Source: Octopus vulgaris
Taxonomy: Eukaryota
DNA: 64,000 nucleotides
Assembly (NCBI GenBank): GCA_951406725.2
Contig: OX597824.1
Span: 14,446,001-14,510,000 of the forward strand
Direction of reading: 5' to 3'
Positions 51,915 through 63,805 of this stretch are shown here, piece after piece; positions within the stretch are counted from its first letter, which is position 1; every line of letters starts with the position of its first letter. The translations under genes were made by a program, and so were the position numbers. The notes beneath the pieces are model-generated. The model did no database searches. It had not been told where the DNA came from and saw nothing but the letters and a program-made list of their open reading frames with translations.

Positions 51915-52442
51915 GACAAATATCGTTTTGGATTGAAAAGACAGTACTAATAATTTTCTGTCGCTTGACGATCTGACCAGAACCAGGACAATTTACAAAC
52001 TTTGGATTGTTATTATTCTAAAAGATGTGCTGCTATAGTATTACTCAGCCCAGCCTCCTCCTTGCAAAAGCCTTTTGCTGTCGTAAAGGTTAGAAGCGAT
52101 AAGTGGAGATGAAAAAAGTAAGGTCGATCAAACTGTCGCTAATAAAATAATGTTTTTGATTCTAAAATTTTTGCTGCATCACGAAATAAAATTGTCTATT
52201 TTATTTGTATTGCAGTCACTACATGTTCTTTGATAATTAGAACCAGCACTCTTCTAGAAATAATTGTTTAAGTGAGAATGTTTTTTTTTTTTTTTATAGC
52301 CACTTCTTATTTTTTTCTGTTATGGGTTAAACAAAAAGAAAAAAAAGTTACTGATTACTGTTTCTGAATCTGTAAATTGTCTTTTTCTAATTAGCTTTTT
52401 AAAATTAGTAACTAGTTAGAGTTTATAGGATACTCTAGAACA

Positions 52443-52725
52443 GTTCCAAGGGCACCGTGGAAAAAAAATCTGAAAATTCCCAGTCAAAACGGAGAAATTC
52501 CAAAAGTCGGTCGGAGAAGGTTAAAAAAAACATTTTCGCAAATTTGTTTTGCTAAAATTCGAAAAAAAAAAAAATGCAGTCCAGAGCATTTCTAAGGGCA
52601 CTGTGAAAAAAAATCTGAAAAATCTCCGTCAAAACGGAATGGCGACATTTTCGCAATTTTTTTTAGCATTTCCAAGGGTACTGTGAAAAAGGAAAGACTG
52701 AAAAATCTCAGTCAAAATGAAGAAT
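52443..52725. repeat. Three degenerate tandem copies of TTCCAAGGGCACTGTGAAAAAAAATCTGAAAAATCTCAGTCAAAA
   Basis: Copies begin at about 52444, 52590 and 52670. Confidence 0.7.
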
Positions 52726-53104
52726 TTCCAACTTGTTGGTGCTTCCTGATTCCAACGTCCGCCAAAATTTTTTGGAAAAGATAAGGAAAAAAAAAGGAAA
52801 GATTGGACTGGGATAGGGGTGGTTGTTATTTGATGCGTCGGCCTGGACACTGTCGTGTCAATGTTACCATAACCAGTTTGGAATCATAAACAGAAAGAAT
52901 TCTCTAGCCTCGGGCCGACCAAAGTCTAAAAAGTGGATTTGGTAGACGGAAATTGTAAGCCCTCTCCCTTCGCTTTAAAAAAATATATATATATATATAT
53001 ATATATTATTTATATTAGTAAAAATATTGAAGATCCCCCTCCTTTGAAGAGACCTTCGCTTTATATTAAATTTTTATATGTATTGGATTAAGTCTTTCTT
53101 TGTT

Positions 53105-53173
<69 letters not shown>

Positions 53174-53971
53174 GATATCCTTGTTGCTTATTTTGATTAT
53201 AATCACCCCATTTGATTTATATGGACAATACCATACCAAATTCTGGTGCCCTTAACTTAAGTACCATATTCAACTGAATCTCAATTTTTACTGAACTTAT
53301 ATATATATATATATATAATCACCAGTAGTTCACATATCCGGAAGAGAAGCAATCTTAAAACTTTAAAACTACACACGGGTACGGGGGCAAAATTAGTAAC
53401 CGAGGTAAAAACTTCTAACTTCTCGTTATTTTCTCCCAACCTGTTTGAAATCATTACACTGAAGTAAGTATAGCAACATCATTTTTGTACTGTTGCATTA
53501 TCTTTAGGAGTAAAAAATTGTTCAAGTTGAGAGTCCGAAACAAGGTGACCCGATTGTATTTGAGGTTGATAATAAAATACCCAGATAATTTTGGTGTTTA
53601 ACAATCAATATTCTTTTCTCTGTTGGATTTCAAGTCAATTTGTTTCTCGCACTCATGTTTAATTTGATAATTTTCAAGTTTCAAAAAATGAAGTCTAAAA
53701 TCGGGTAAAATCGAGTAATAATTAATTTCAGTAAATATATCACGAACAGAGACACCCCAGAAGATTGTGAAGCTGTAGAGAATATTTTATGTGGATTTTT
53801 AAAGAATTTTAGTCGAGTTTCGTTAATTTCATATCATGCCATTCATTTTCCCCTTACTCATTTTGCCCCATCCAAATTTGTTTCTTATATGCTCAGAGAG
53901 AACGATAATTTTCTGAAATAATGATCAAATTATGTTGGAAAAACCATTTGCTTAGCTGGTGTAGTTTTTTG

Positions 53972-54264
53972 GGTACTACTTAAGAACAGTGGTCCCGGTG
54001 CGCGTACTCGCGCATCCGCGCTAGCTAGTCATGACTAGTCGATCCTTACTTTGTCTTTTTGTGTTATTTACTTTGTTTAAAAATATTATTTACTTTGTGT
54101 TTTTGTGTTTTATTTACTTTGTTTAACAAAAATTATTTACTTTGTGTAAAAAAATTATTTATTTTGTGTTTTATTTACTTTGCTAGGTAGTCGTTGTAGG
54201 ATCGACTAGTCACGACTAGCTAACGCGAGTGCGCGCACCGGGACCACTGTTCTCAAGTAGTACC
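53972..54264. mobile_element. 293-bp MITE with ~75-bp TIRs and 9-bp TSD (Merlin/Mutator-like)
   Basis: TIRs GGTACTACTTAAGAACAGTGGTCCCGGTGCGCG... and ...CGCGCACCGGGACCACTGTTCTCAAGTAGTACC. A perfect TSD AGTTTTTTG lies at 53963-53971 and 54265-54273. The interior carries TTATTTACTTTG repeats. Confidence 0.92.
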
Positions 54265-55175
54265 AGTTTTTTGCAAAAAATATATTTTGTCTCAAAAGTC
54301 AAAAATGCAGTAAAAACATCTCATTTTGCCCCAAAATATATTTGTAGAAGGTTCACTGCTATGGTCTCTCTGATCGGCCATAATAGTCAAACTTCTAATA
54401 CAGAATGGCCCCCCCCAAAAAAAAATAGGTTTACAGTTATCACGTCGGCACTTTAAATTTCTCTCTTATAAACTGAAAAGGGAGCTTGACAAAATTAAAC
54501 TAAATTAGCATAGAATAATTATTTCATATTTTTTTTTATAATTAAGATCTAAAGTATTATTTAGATGAATGCGAAAGAGATAGTTGAATAACTGTAAACC
54601 TACTTCTGGGCCACCCTGTATAAATATGTCTGTGTATTTATTAAACCAACACCGCCTGACAACCGATGTTGGTTTGTTTACGTCCCCCGTACCTTAGTGG
54701 TTCGGCAAAAAGACACCGATAAAATAAGTAGCAGGCTTTAAAAAAAAAATAGATAAGTACTGGGATCGATTTGTTTGACTAAACCCCTTCAAGGCGGTGT
54801 CCCAGCATGGCTTCGGTCTAATTAATGACTTGAAGGGTTAGTCGAGCAGATCGAGCCCAGAACTTATTTAAAGCCTGGTATTTATTGTATCAGACTTCAT
54901 GAGTCGAACTGCTAAGTTACGAGGATGTAAACAAACCACTGCTGGTTGTCAAGCGGTGGTGGTGGTAGTGGGCAAAGACACACAGATAAACATACATTTA
55001 TACGACTACCAAATTCATTCACAAGGCATCGGTTGACTCGGGGCTGTAGTTGAAGATACGTGCCTGCCCCAAGTGCCGTGCAGTGGGACTGAACCCGACA
55101 CCGCATGGTTGGGAATGAAGCTTGCGCGATTATGTAAAGTGCGCGTATGTCAACACCTTTCGATTACATTTTCCG

Positions 55176-56535
55176 GGGCTAATGCAGTTTCGCACCTCTC
55201 CTTGAAAAATGCATTATTTTGAAAAAAAAAAAAAATTTCAGATTCCTACGTTTTAAACGTTGGAGATTACGAATATGCAAAAAAAAAAAAAACAATTTTT
55301 AAAATTTCACCCCTCCCCCCCACACACCCCTCTTTCCCCGCCCCAAATTAAAAATTTTAATTTTGTTTACTTTAAAGAGATCGTAGGGCAATCTTTCGTC
55401 TCTAGTAGACCTTTCCGTCGATTTCCGTAAAATTTTTTTTTTTTTTTTTACATATGGGCTTGCGGGAACTTTTGAAGTAATGAGAGCGAAAGAGACTAAG
55501 AGAAAGCGATTGTATGACGAGGGAAGTTCTTTTGAAGTTACCGTGCATGGCAAGCATTGATGTACATGTGTGTGTGTGTGTGTGTGTTTGATGGGGTGTG
55601 GGAGACAGACAGTATGTTGTGTAAGTGAAGTGCTTCTGTTAGTGTGTGTGAAGAGACAGAGTAATGTGTGAAAGAAAGAGATAACTGAAATTTTTTACTC
55701 GGTGTATGTGTATATGTATGTATATTACTTCAAAAGTTCCCGCAAGCCCATATGTAAAAAAAATATTTTTTTTTACGGAAATCGACGGAAAGGTCTACTA
55801 GAGACGAAAGATTGCCAAAAAACAAAAACAATTTTTTAATTTCACCCCTCCCCCCACACACCCCTCTTTCCCCCGCCCCAAATTAAAATTTAAAATTTTG
55901 TTTACTTTAAAGAGATCGTAGCGAATTAACGAAGATATGCAAATCGAAATTAAATACAAACAAAAACATTAAAGTGAAAAGAATTTGTGTTTTACTTGTG
56001 TTTGCCTTAAATAATCGTAAACAAACATTAATATTTAATAATTAATGTTATAAAGTTTAATTAGGGGCTCAAATTTCACCCCTCCCCCAATTTTAAATTT
56101 TGAACTTTTTCATCCATTTATTTATTTGTCTGCCTGTCTATTTATCCCTATCTGTTTATTCATAAAAATATATTTGTCAACTAAATGTGGCAGTCCTATA
56201 GAAGACGGGGTTGTTTTTAGCCCCAGGAACACATTCATATCTATCTCTTTATACACCTATCTGATATGCTTATTGAATTTAAAAGTTTCAAAACGTGGTT
56301 TCTTGCATATCAGGAATCTCCGTCATCTAAAACGGGAAAAAAAAAAATTCGAAAAAGTTCAAAATTTTAAATTTTAAGTGCTGCGGGGTGGGGTGGGGTA
56401 ATTTTTTTTTTGCATATTCGTAATCTCCAACATCTAAAACGTAAAGAATCTGAAAAAAATTTGGATCTTTTCCTAAAATTGTTTTTTAAAAATGCATTTT
56501 TCAAGGAAAGGTGCGAAACTGCATTAGCCTCCCCT
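55176..56535. mobile_element. Long-TIR non-autonomous element with 8-bp TSD, hosting a second MITE
   Basis: TIRs GGCTAATGCAGTTTCGCACCT and AGGTGCGAAACTGCATTAGCC, with ATTTTCCG at 55168-55175 and 56536-56543. Confidence 0.8.
55387..55816. mobile_element. Inner MITE with ~90-bp near-perfect TIRs
   Basis: GGCAATCTTTCGTCTCTAGTAGACCTTTCCGTCG...GAAGTAAT is mirrored at 55724-55816. Confidence 0.88.
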
Positions 56536-56879
56536 ATTTTCCGTATCCTCCCACCACTTTCGGTTATCTTTTTATCGATTTATTAAACAAAATTAATATA
56601 ATTATGGCGAAGTTAATAACACCTTTTACTTAATAGTTTACCTAATTTTTTTCTTTTCGTATTAAATTAAAAAAAGTTCTTTTTTTTTTTTTTAGCATAA
56701 ACTTAGCGAGATGTATTAAGACATCTAGGGTCAAACGTGGAATTTAACTCTGTATTGACCTTAAACAAGTCATTCTGCTTGTTATGGCTCCAGTAAATTA
56801 TAATAAGCAATCAACTGAGATTTTTTAGTTCAATGAGAAATACAATAGACTAGTTTATTTGTGATAAACTAGTCTGAAC

Positions 56880-57251
56880 GAGCTGCCGGACTTGCTGGGA
56901 CATGTCCAGTTCTGTTTGTCTGACCAACTTCTCTTTATTGTTTGTCAATGTTGTTGTTGTTGTTTAGATGAAGAGAAAGAGACACCAGCACACTCGATGT
57001 TGTGACTACTGACTTCCATCGACTTTTAAAACAAACAGGAGGAGCACAACTGGAGGATCCAGGTACAATCTCCGATATTTATCTATCCACCCGTGATGGG
57101 GTTTTTTTTTTTTACTTTTGTTGTCAACGTGTTATTTATCTTTGTCGATAAAAATCACACCAGTTGTGTCTATAGCAACAAGGTTCCACTCACAACACAC
57201 ATTCATTCATACATGCATATAAATATATTCCTATTTGCAAACAAAATTTCC

Positions 57252-57286
<35 letters not shown>

Positions 57287-57455
57287 GCTCATCAACATCA
57301 ATTTCCTTTATTAAAGCAATCCCACAGCATCATTTCGACGTCAAATAAAATACAACTGGTGTATTTATATCATTTTTTAATTCATGGTTGCTGCCTTGTT
57401 TTTGGAACTTCTAGGCAACTTTACCAATAATTAATGCATACATAGGTTATATATA

Positions 57456-57510
<55 letters not shown>

Positions 57511-57660
57511 GTATATATATATATAAATACAGTTCAGTCGTTCTTATTGTTCACAACAAATTTTATTACACTGTTATAAACTGTTGTTTCTTTTGAGATG
57601 AACTACCTGTTGTTATTGCTATTTAGCCCCAGGTAAGCCCCGTTGCCTAGTGTGGAGTAC
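56880..57660 (+). promoter_or_regulatory. Candidate CEP128 promoter / 5' non-coding exon with RFX X-box-like sites
   Basis: Exon-like segment ending CCAG|GTACAA at 57062. X-box-like sites: GTGTCTATAGCAAC (57166-57179), CTTCTAGGCAAC (about 57408-57419) and GTTGCCTAG (57642). Confidence 0.4.
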
Positions 57661-58811
57661 ATACGAATCTACAGCCCAAATGTCTTGCTATTAATAAATA
57701 ATGTATGTGTGTGTGTGTATGTGTTCTAATAAAAACAGTTTTACATTAAATAAAAAACAGTTTTACATTAAATTGAAGTCAAGACTATTGAAAAGGTTGC
57801 AAGACGCAACGAAATTTTTGGAGAATAAAAATAAGAAATAAGTGGAAATTTTACCGGTGAGTGGGTTACATTATAAGGCAAAAAAAAGAAAATGACTTTC
57901 CCCAGACATAACAGAATATGCTTCAACACACGAACTCATATAAAGAATCTTGCAAACCAAATACAAAAACGAAATATTAAATTGAAAGATTACTCAATAC
58001 ATCTGGTAGAGTACACATTATTCTTCGACAAAAGTAGTATTGATAGTGACTTCGAAGTTCTGGCCAGTTAAACCACTTAAATGAATTATAGTCCGATGAT
58101 AGCTTAGTTGGCCTAAACTTCGAAGTTACTGCCAGTATTATTCTTGTTAATACTGAAAGAGCTCAGGAGAAGGATAGAAAGATGAGAGAGAAGAAAGATA
58201 GAAGGAAAGAAAAGAATGAAAAGGGAAAAGATAAACTGGGGGGGGGGGTCTGAAGTGAATGCTTGGTAGGATATGAAACAAAATACAAAAAACTGGTCAA
58301 GTAGAAAAAAAGACGAGGGATGAAAATTTGGATGTTTTTTTTTGGTACAAAAAAGTGAAGAAAAAGAGACAGAATGGAGTAGAGAAGATTGGGGAAGAGC
58401 AAGTATGAAGAAAGAGGAAATGTGGAGAAAAAGGGAACAAAGATAAGACAGTAGGTAGTTGACAGATGTATAGAGGAAGAAATAGAAGGTAGTAAAGAAA
58501 GAAAAGTAGCAGATAGAAATAGACGGAGGAGGTTTTGTGCACAAGAGGGGAGAAGAGAAGGATAGAAAAGAGAAAATCTCCAATTATTGAACATTGTGTG
58601 GGGTGTCGCTGAGTGGGATGTGTGACATTTCATTGACTAATAACCATAAAATGTTGCACACAAAGTTGACACCCACCCCATATATATATATATAGATAGA
58701 TAGAACACCTAGCATTGTAGGTGTTCTAACACCCTATCATATGTAATGACATAGTTTTCATTTTTGGTGATACATTTCTAAACTGCTGCCTAATTTGATT
58801 ATACATATTTA

Positions 58812-59090
58812 TATATATAAAACTAAAGTTGTCTGTGTATGGCAGGTTTAGCACCCTTCAAACTAACACTATCTCCTCCGAGACCCTGCGGCACAAGTTG
58901 ACCAAAATTGAAAGTATGATAGAAGATGGCTTGCTCTTCATTCCGTAGAAGATAACATTCAAATCCGACCATCAAAAAGGTGCTTTTATCTATGAAAATC
59001 CCTATTTTTTATGATATTTTTGACTGCTGTGTCACCATTTTTCGGTGCATTTCAACCAGAAAAATGTTCACTTAAAGAGAATAACACGCT
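58812..59090 (+). mobile_element. 3'-truncated copy of the non-autonomous Helitron
   Basis: Matches 63435-63717. Confidence 0.8.
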
Positions 59091-59091
59091 A

Positions 59092-59815
59092 CTGGTCTGG
59101 AATTCCAAGGCCATCTCCCTCAAATCAAAACTTTGCATCTTCAATTCCAACATCAAGGCCATTCTTTATGGGTCAGAAACATGGAGTCACCAAAACCTTA
59201 AAGAGTAAGCTGGAGACTTACATCATCAAATGTCTGCACTACATTCTCAAGATCTGGTGAGTGGACAAAATTTCAAACAAAAGTCTGTGGGATAGGATAA
59301 ACCAATCTTCCATCAATCAAATAATTCTGAAGAAGAAATGGGGCTGGAATAGTCACACTATAAACAGACCCCCAAACAGCATTGCAAGACAAGAGTTAGA
59401 TTGGTAATCTGAAGGAAAGAGGAAAGTTGTGAAACTTAAGAAGACCTGGAAATGATGCATGAAGGGTGAAGCAAAAGCAATCGGTCCCTTTTGGTTTGAA
59501 ATCAAAGAGGTAACCCAAATTCATGTCCACTGGCATGAAATAGTCATGGCCCTAAGCTCATCAATCAAGAAATTCTGAAAAGGAATCAGACTTTAAGGGG
59601 GCCTCCAAGCAGCATTGCAAGACAAGTGTTAGACTGGCAACTTGAAGGAAAGAGGAAAGTTGGATGACTTAAGAAGACCAGGAAAGGGTGTGTGGAGGAT
59701 GGATGGAAGGCATTCAGTCTCTCTGAAATCAAGGAGGTTGCCCAAAATCATGTCCACTGGCATAAAATGGTCACAGCCCTATGCTCCTTATGGAATAATG
59801 TGAAGTAACAAATTA
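59092..59815 (+). mobile_element. RTE-clade LINE 3' fragment with a duplicated 3' end
   Basis: VWNSKAISLKSKLCIFNSNIKAILYGSETW is an RTE post-RT motif. About 59310-59558 is repeated at about 59559-59800. Confidence 0.8.
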
Positions 59816-60055
59816 AGCTAACTATATATATATATATAGACATATAACATATACTCTATACTCTTTTACTTGTTTCAGTCATTTGACTGTGGCCATGCTG
59901 GAGCACCGCTTTTAGTTGAGCAAATTTACCCCAGGACTTATTCTTTAGAAGCCTAGTACTTATTCTGTTGATCTCTTTTGCTGAACCGCTAAGTTACGGG
60001 GACGTAAACACACCAACATCGGTTGTCAAGCAATGCTAAGGGGACAAACACATAA

Positions 60056-60095
<40 letters not shown>

Positions 60096-61589
60096 AGATA
60101 TATTCAACAGGCTTCTTTCAGTTTCCATCTACCAAATCCACTCACAAGGCTTTGGTCGGCCCGAGGCTATAGTAGAAGACACTTGCCCAAGGTGCCACGC
60201 AGTGGGACTGAACCCAGAACCATGTGGCTGGTAAGCAAGCTACTTACCACACAGCCACTCCTACACCTATATATATATATATATATATGTACATGCATAT
60301 ATATTACATACGTACATGTGAAGGCACATGGCTCAGTGGATAGAGCATCAGGCTTACAATCATGAGGTGGTGAGCTCAATTCCTTGACCAGGTTGTGTGT
60401 TGTATTCTTGAGCAAGACACTTTATTTCACATTGCTCCAGTTCACTCAGCTGTAGAGATGAGTTGTGATGTCACTGGTGCCAAGCTGTATCGGCCGTTGC
60501 CTTTCCCTTGGAACAGTATACAGTAAGATCCACGATGGTGGAGTCCGATAAATATGAAGTTCTGATAGTAATCTGGCTGGAGAGGTGTTGAGGTGGTTCA
60601 GAAGAGGTACCAAAGGACTGAGAAGAAGGTAGGAGACCGAGGGTCCAAGAGATGAAGAAATTCTCTCTGGCAGGATCAAACTGGGATAGATGTGACACAA
60701 TATGTTCTGAAGTACAATATTCTGAAGAAAAGTAAAAAAAAAAAAGGATACTCATTATTTGAATGTTTTTGATCATAGATTAATCAGAGATGACTTAGGG
60801 CTGGACAATTCAGTTTAATAGAAATAGCAACCAAATCTCCCTGAAAATTGGATATTACTTTTATTTGTTAAAAACGAAGAATGTTGTAAGGAGGACATTG
60901 GATAATGTAGTCTTTCGGTTTTTTTTTATGTTTGAGAAAAGATGGGATGGCTATGGCTGGAAAGCCTTTGATCATGGGTCAACCGCTTTGTAGCTGGCCT
61001 TAAATTAAACAACAATAATAGCTGGACAGTAGAGAAGATACAACGTTGCCACACTGCTTCACTGTGTCCCATACAATTAACCACTGCATGTCTATAAGCA
61101 TTGTTGTCCCCAGGGTAGGTATACTCATTTTGAGTTAACCTAGGGCTATACAAACAAAAAGAACAACAATAACAACCTTTTAGATTCAAAACACTGCACA
61201 GAATTTTGACTTTTCACTTGAACTGTCCACAAATCAAAACTGTTCAATATTAATTAAGTCCAACTTGTCTGTCTATGTTATAGACACTCCTAAAGCTTCA
61301 ATCATGCTAAAACATACTATAGAGGAAAATTACTGGAATATGACCGTAATGGTATAATGTACCATTATGAACATAAAACAGTTAAAATACTTGTGCTGGA
61401 TATGGCCTGTTTAAATGCAAATGGGTTAACATGTAAATGTTCTGATTTAATGTTTAGAAGAAATGTTTCTAGTTGTCAGACTAATGAATATTAGTTTCTT
61501 GTTTCAGCAGCTGTGCTAATTAAGTTTTAAGAATTCAATTACGATGAAGATATTATGAAACAGAAGTGAAAGGGTTGATCTGACCAAGC

Positions 61590-61730
61590 ATGGCTACCGA
61601 ATTAAATAGTAGATTTCTCTCTTCAAGTGAGAGCGATGATTTCTATGAACCAAGGACATATGGACATGGTGTCTCCAGCAATAATGGAGATTTTAATGGC
61701 AGGCTCTCTGAACTTGCTGACAATTTAAAG
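61590..61730 (+). CDS. CEP128: CEP128 (centrosomal protein 128) coding exon 1
   Basis: MATELNSRFLSSSESDDF...RLSELADNLK|GTAAAT; human CEP128 begins MAESSSESD. The acceptor TTTCAGCAG is at 61507/61510. Confidence 0.8.
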
Positions 61731-63129
61731 GTAAATTAAATTTGCTTCTATATTGATGTGTATATTTGACAACCTCCCTTGTGCTGGTACTGTGATAGGA
61801 TTGACAGCGAGCTGGCAGAAATGTTAGCACACCAGCATTGGTTGTCAGCGATGTTGGGGCTCAAACACAGACACACAAACATATACATATATGTTAGCTG
61901 GGGCAAGCTGGTGGCAAGCTGGCAGAAACGTTAGCACACCGGGTGAAATGCGTAGCCATATTTCGTCTGCCATTATGTTCTGAGTTCAAATTCCGCCGAG
62001 GTCGACTTTGCCTTTCATCCTTTCGGGGTCGATAAATTAAGTAACAGTTACGTACTGGGGTCGATGTAATTGACTTAATCCGTTTGTCTGTCCTTATTTG
62101 TCTCCTCTGTGTTTAGCCCCTTGGGGGTAGTAAAGAAATAGGTATTATCCATTTGTCTGTCCTTGTTTGTCCCCTCTGTGTTTAGCCCCTTGTGGGTAGT
62201 AAAGAAATAGGTATTTCGTCTGCTACTACGTTCTGAGTTCAAATTCCGCTGAGGTCGACTTTGCCTTTCATCCCTTTGGGGTCGATAAATTAAGTACCAG
62301 TTATGCACTGGGGTCGATATAATCAACTTAATCCATTTGTCTGTCCTTGTTTGTCCTCTCTGTGTTTAGCCCCTTGTGGGTAGTAAAGAAATAGGTACTG
62401 TGATAGAATGCACCCCATACTCAAATAACCTGAAGTCTCATAGGGTGAGGAAAACCCCTCAGTCTTGTCTTGTCGAGAACATGGGAACTTCTTTAGTGCT
62501 GGTGTCACAATAAGATACATTCAGTACACTCTGTGCTGACATTGTTATTAAGAAGGTATTTAGCCATAGACATCATGCTAAAATGGAATGTGCAATCAAG
62601 GGTTTATTGAATACTCAGTGTCTAACCATTAGGCCACATACCTTCTTTACCAATGTACAAGATCAATATTTATTCTTTTATTCATTTCAGTCATTTGACT
62701 ATGGCCATACTGGAGCACTGCCTTTAGTCGAACAAATCGACCCCAGGACTTATTCTTTGTAAACCTAGTACTTATTCTATCGGTCTCTTTTGCCGAACCG
62801 CTAAGTTACGGGGACATAAGCACACCAGCATTGGTTGTCAGCGATGTTGGGGGTCAAACACAGACACACAAACATATACATATATATCGATATATACGAC
62901 GGGCTTCTTTCAGTTTCCGTCTACCAAATCCACTCACAAGGTTTTGGTCGGCCCGAGGCTATAGTAGAAGACACTTGCCCATGGTGCCATGCAGTGGGAC
63001 TGAACCCAGGATCATGTGGTTGGTAAGCAAGCTACTTACCACACAACCACTCCTGAGCCTGTATATTTTTGAATTATTTTTTTTATTTTCTCACCTATTC
63101 TAAAATAATATTTTTTCTTATCTTTACAG

Positions 63130-63216
63130 GACACAACACGAAATCTAAAATCACTTGACCATATGTTAGATACTTACAAGGATATTGGTCATGAACAACG
63201 CTCTTCCATTGATAAA
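63130..63216 (+). CDS. CEP128: CEP128 coding exon 2 (87 nt)
   Basis: TTTACAG|DTTRNLKSLDHMLDTYKDIGHEQRSSIDK|GTATTT, compared with human DTSRNLRQVDQMLGRYREYSNGQAGAIEH. Confidence 0.88.
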
Positions 63217-63333
63217 GTATTTAATTATTCTAAATATGTTTATATTTTTTCTTCAGTCTTATGATTTTGGTGAAACTGTCATTATATGTTGCTTTCTCTC
63301 TTTTTTTTTTTTTTTGGCCACTTTCTTTCTCAG

Positions 63334-63409
63334 TTACGAAAGGATTTTGATACGACTTGTGATGACATCCGAGACGAAAGATACAGACAATCAAGTTTAA
63401 GTAGAATAG
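63334..63409 (+). CDS. CEP128: CEP128 coding exon 3 (76 nt); gene continues beyond the window
   Basis: TTTCTCAG|LRKDFDTTCDDIRDERYRQSSLSRI|GTAAGT, compared with human LKESLEQSIDQLRSQR. Intron phases are consistent. Confidence 0.82.
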
Positions 63410-63430
63410 GTAAGTTTCTGAATTTCTTAA

Positions 63431-63805
63431 TCTCTATATATAAAGCTGAAGTTGTCTGTGTGTGGCAGGTTTGGTAGCCTTTAACTAACACTATCTCCTC
63501 CGAGACCCTGCGGCGCAAGTTGACCAAAATTGAGAGTATGATAGAAGAAGGTTTGCTCTTCATTCCGTAGAAGAAAAAATTCAAATCGGACCATGTTAAC
63601 ACCAAAAATTATTTACATCAAAAGGGTGCTTTTCTTTCTATGAAAATCCCTATTTTTTACGATTTTTTGACTGCTGTGTATTTCAACCAGAAAAATGTTC
63701 ACTTAAAGAGAATAACAAGCTACATAATGCAAAATTTTTACTTTTCAAAAATTCCAATTCTAAAAGGTCAAAACAAACCTGAGCAACGCCGGGCGATACT
63801 GCTAG
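63431..63805 (+). mobile_element. Non-autonomous Helitron (375 bp)
   Basis: A|TC start and CTAG|T end, a GC-rich hairpin (CGCC-G-GGCG) just before the 3' end, no TSD, and three copies in the window. Confidence 0.85.

Noticed and set aside
58113-58633. Two 156-aa hydrophobic ORFs
   Set aside because: They are the reverse complement of a purine-rich low-complexity tract, open in several frames with no domain features.
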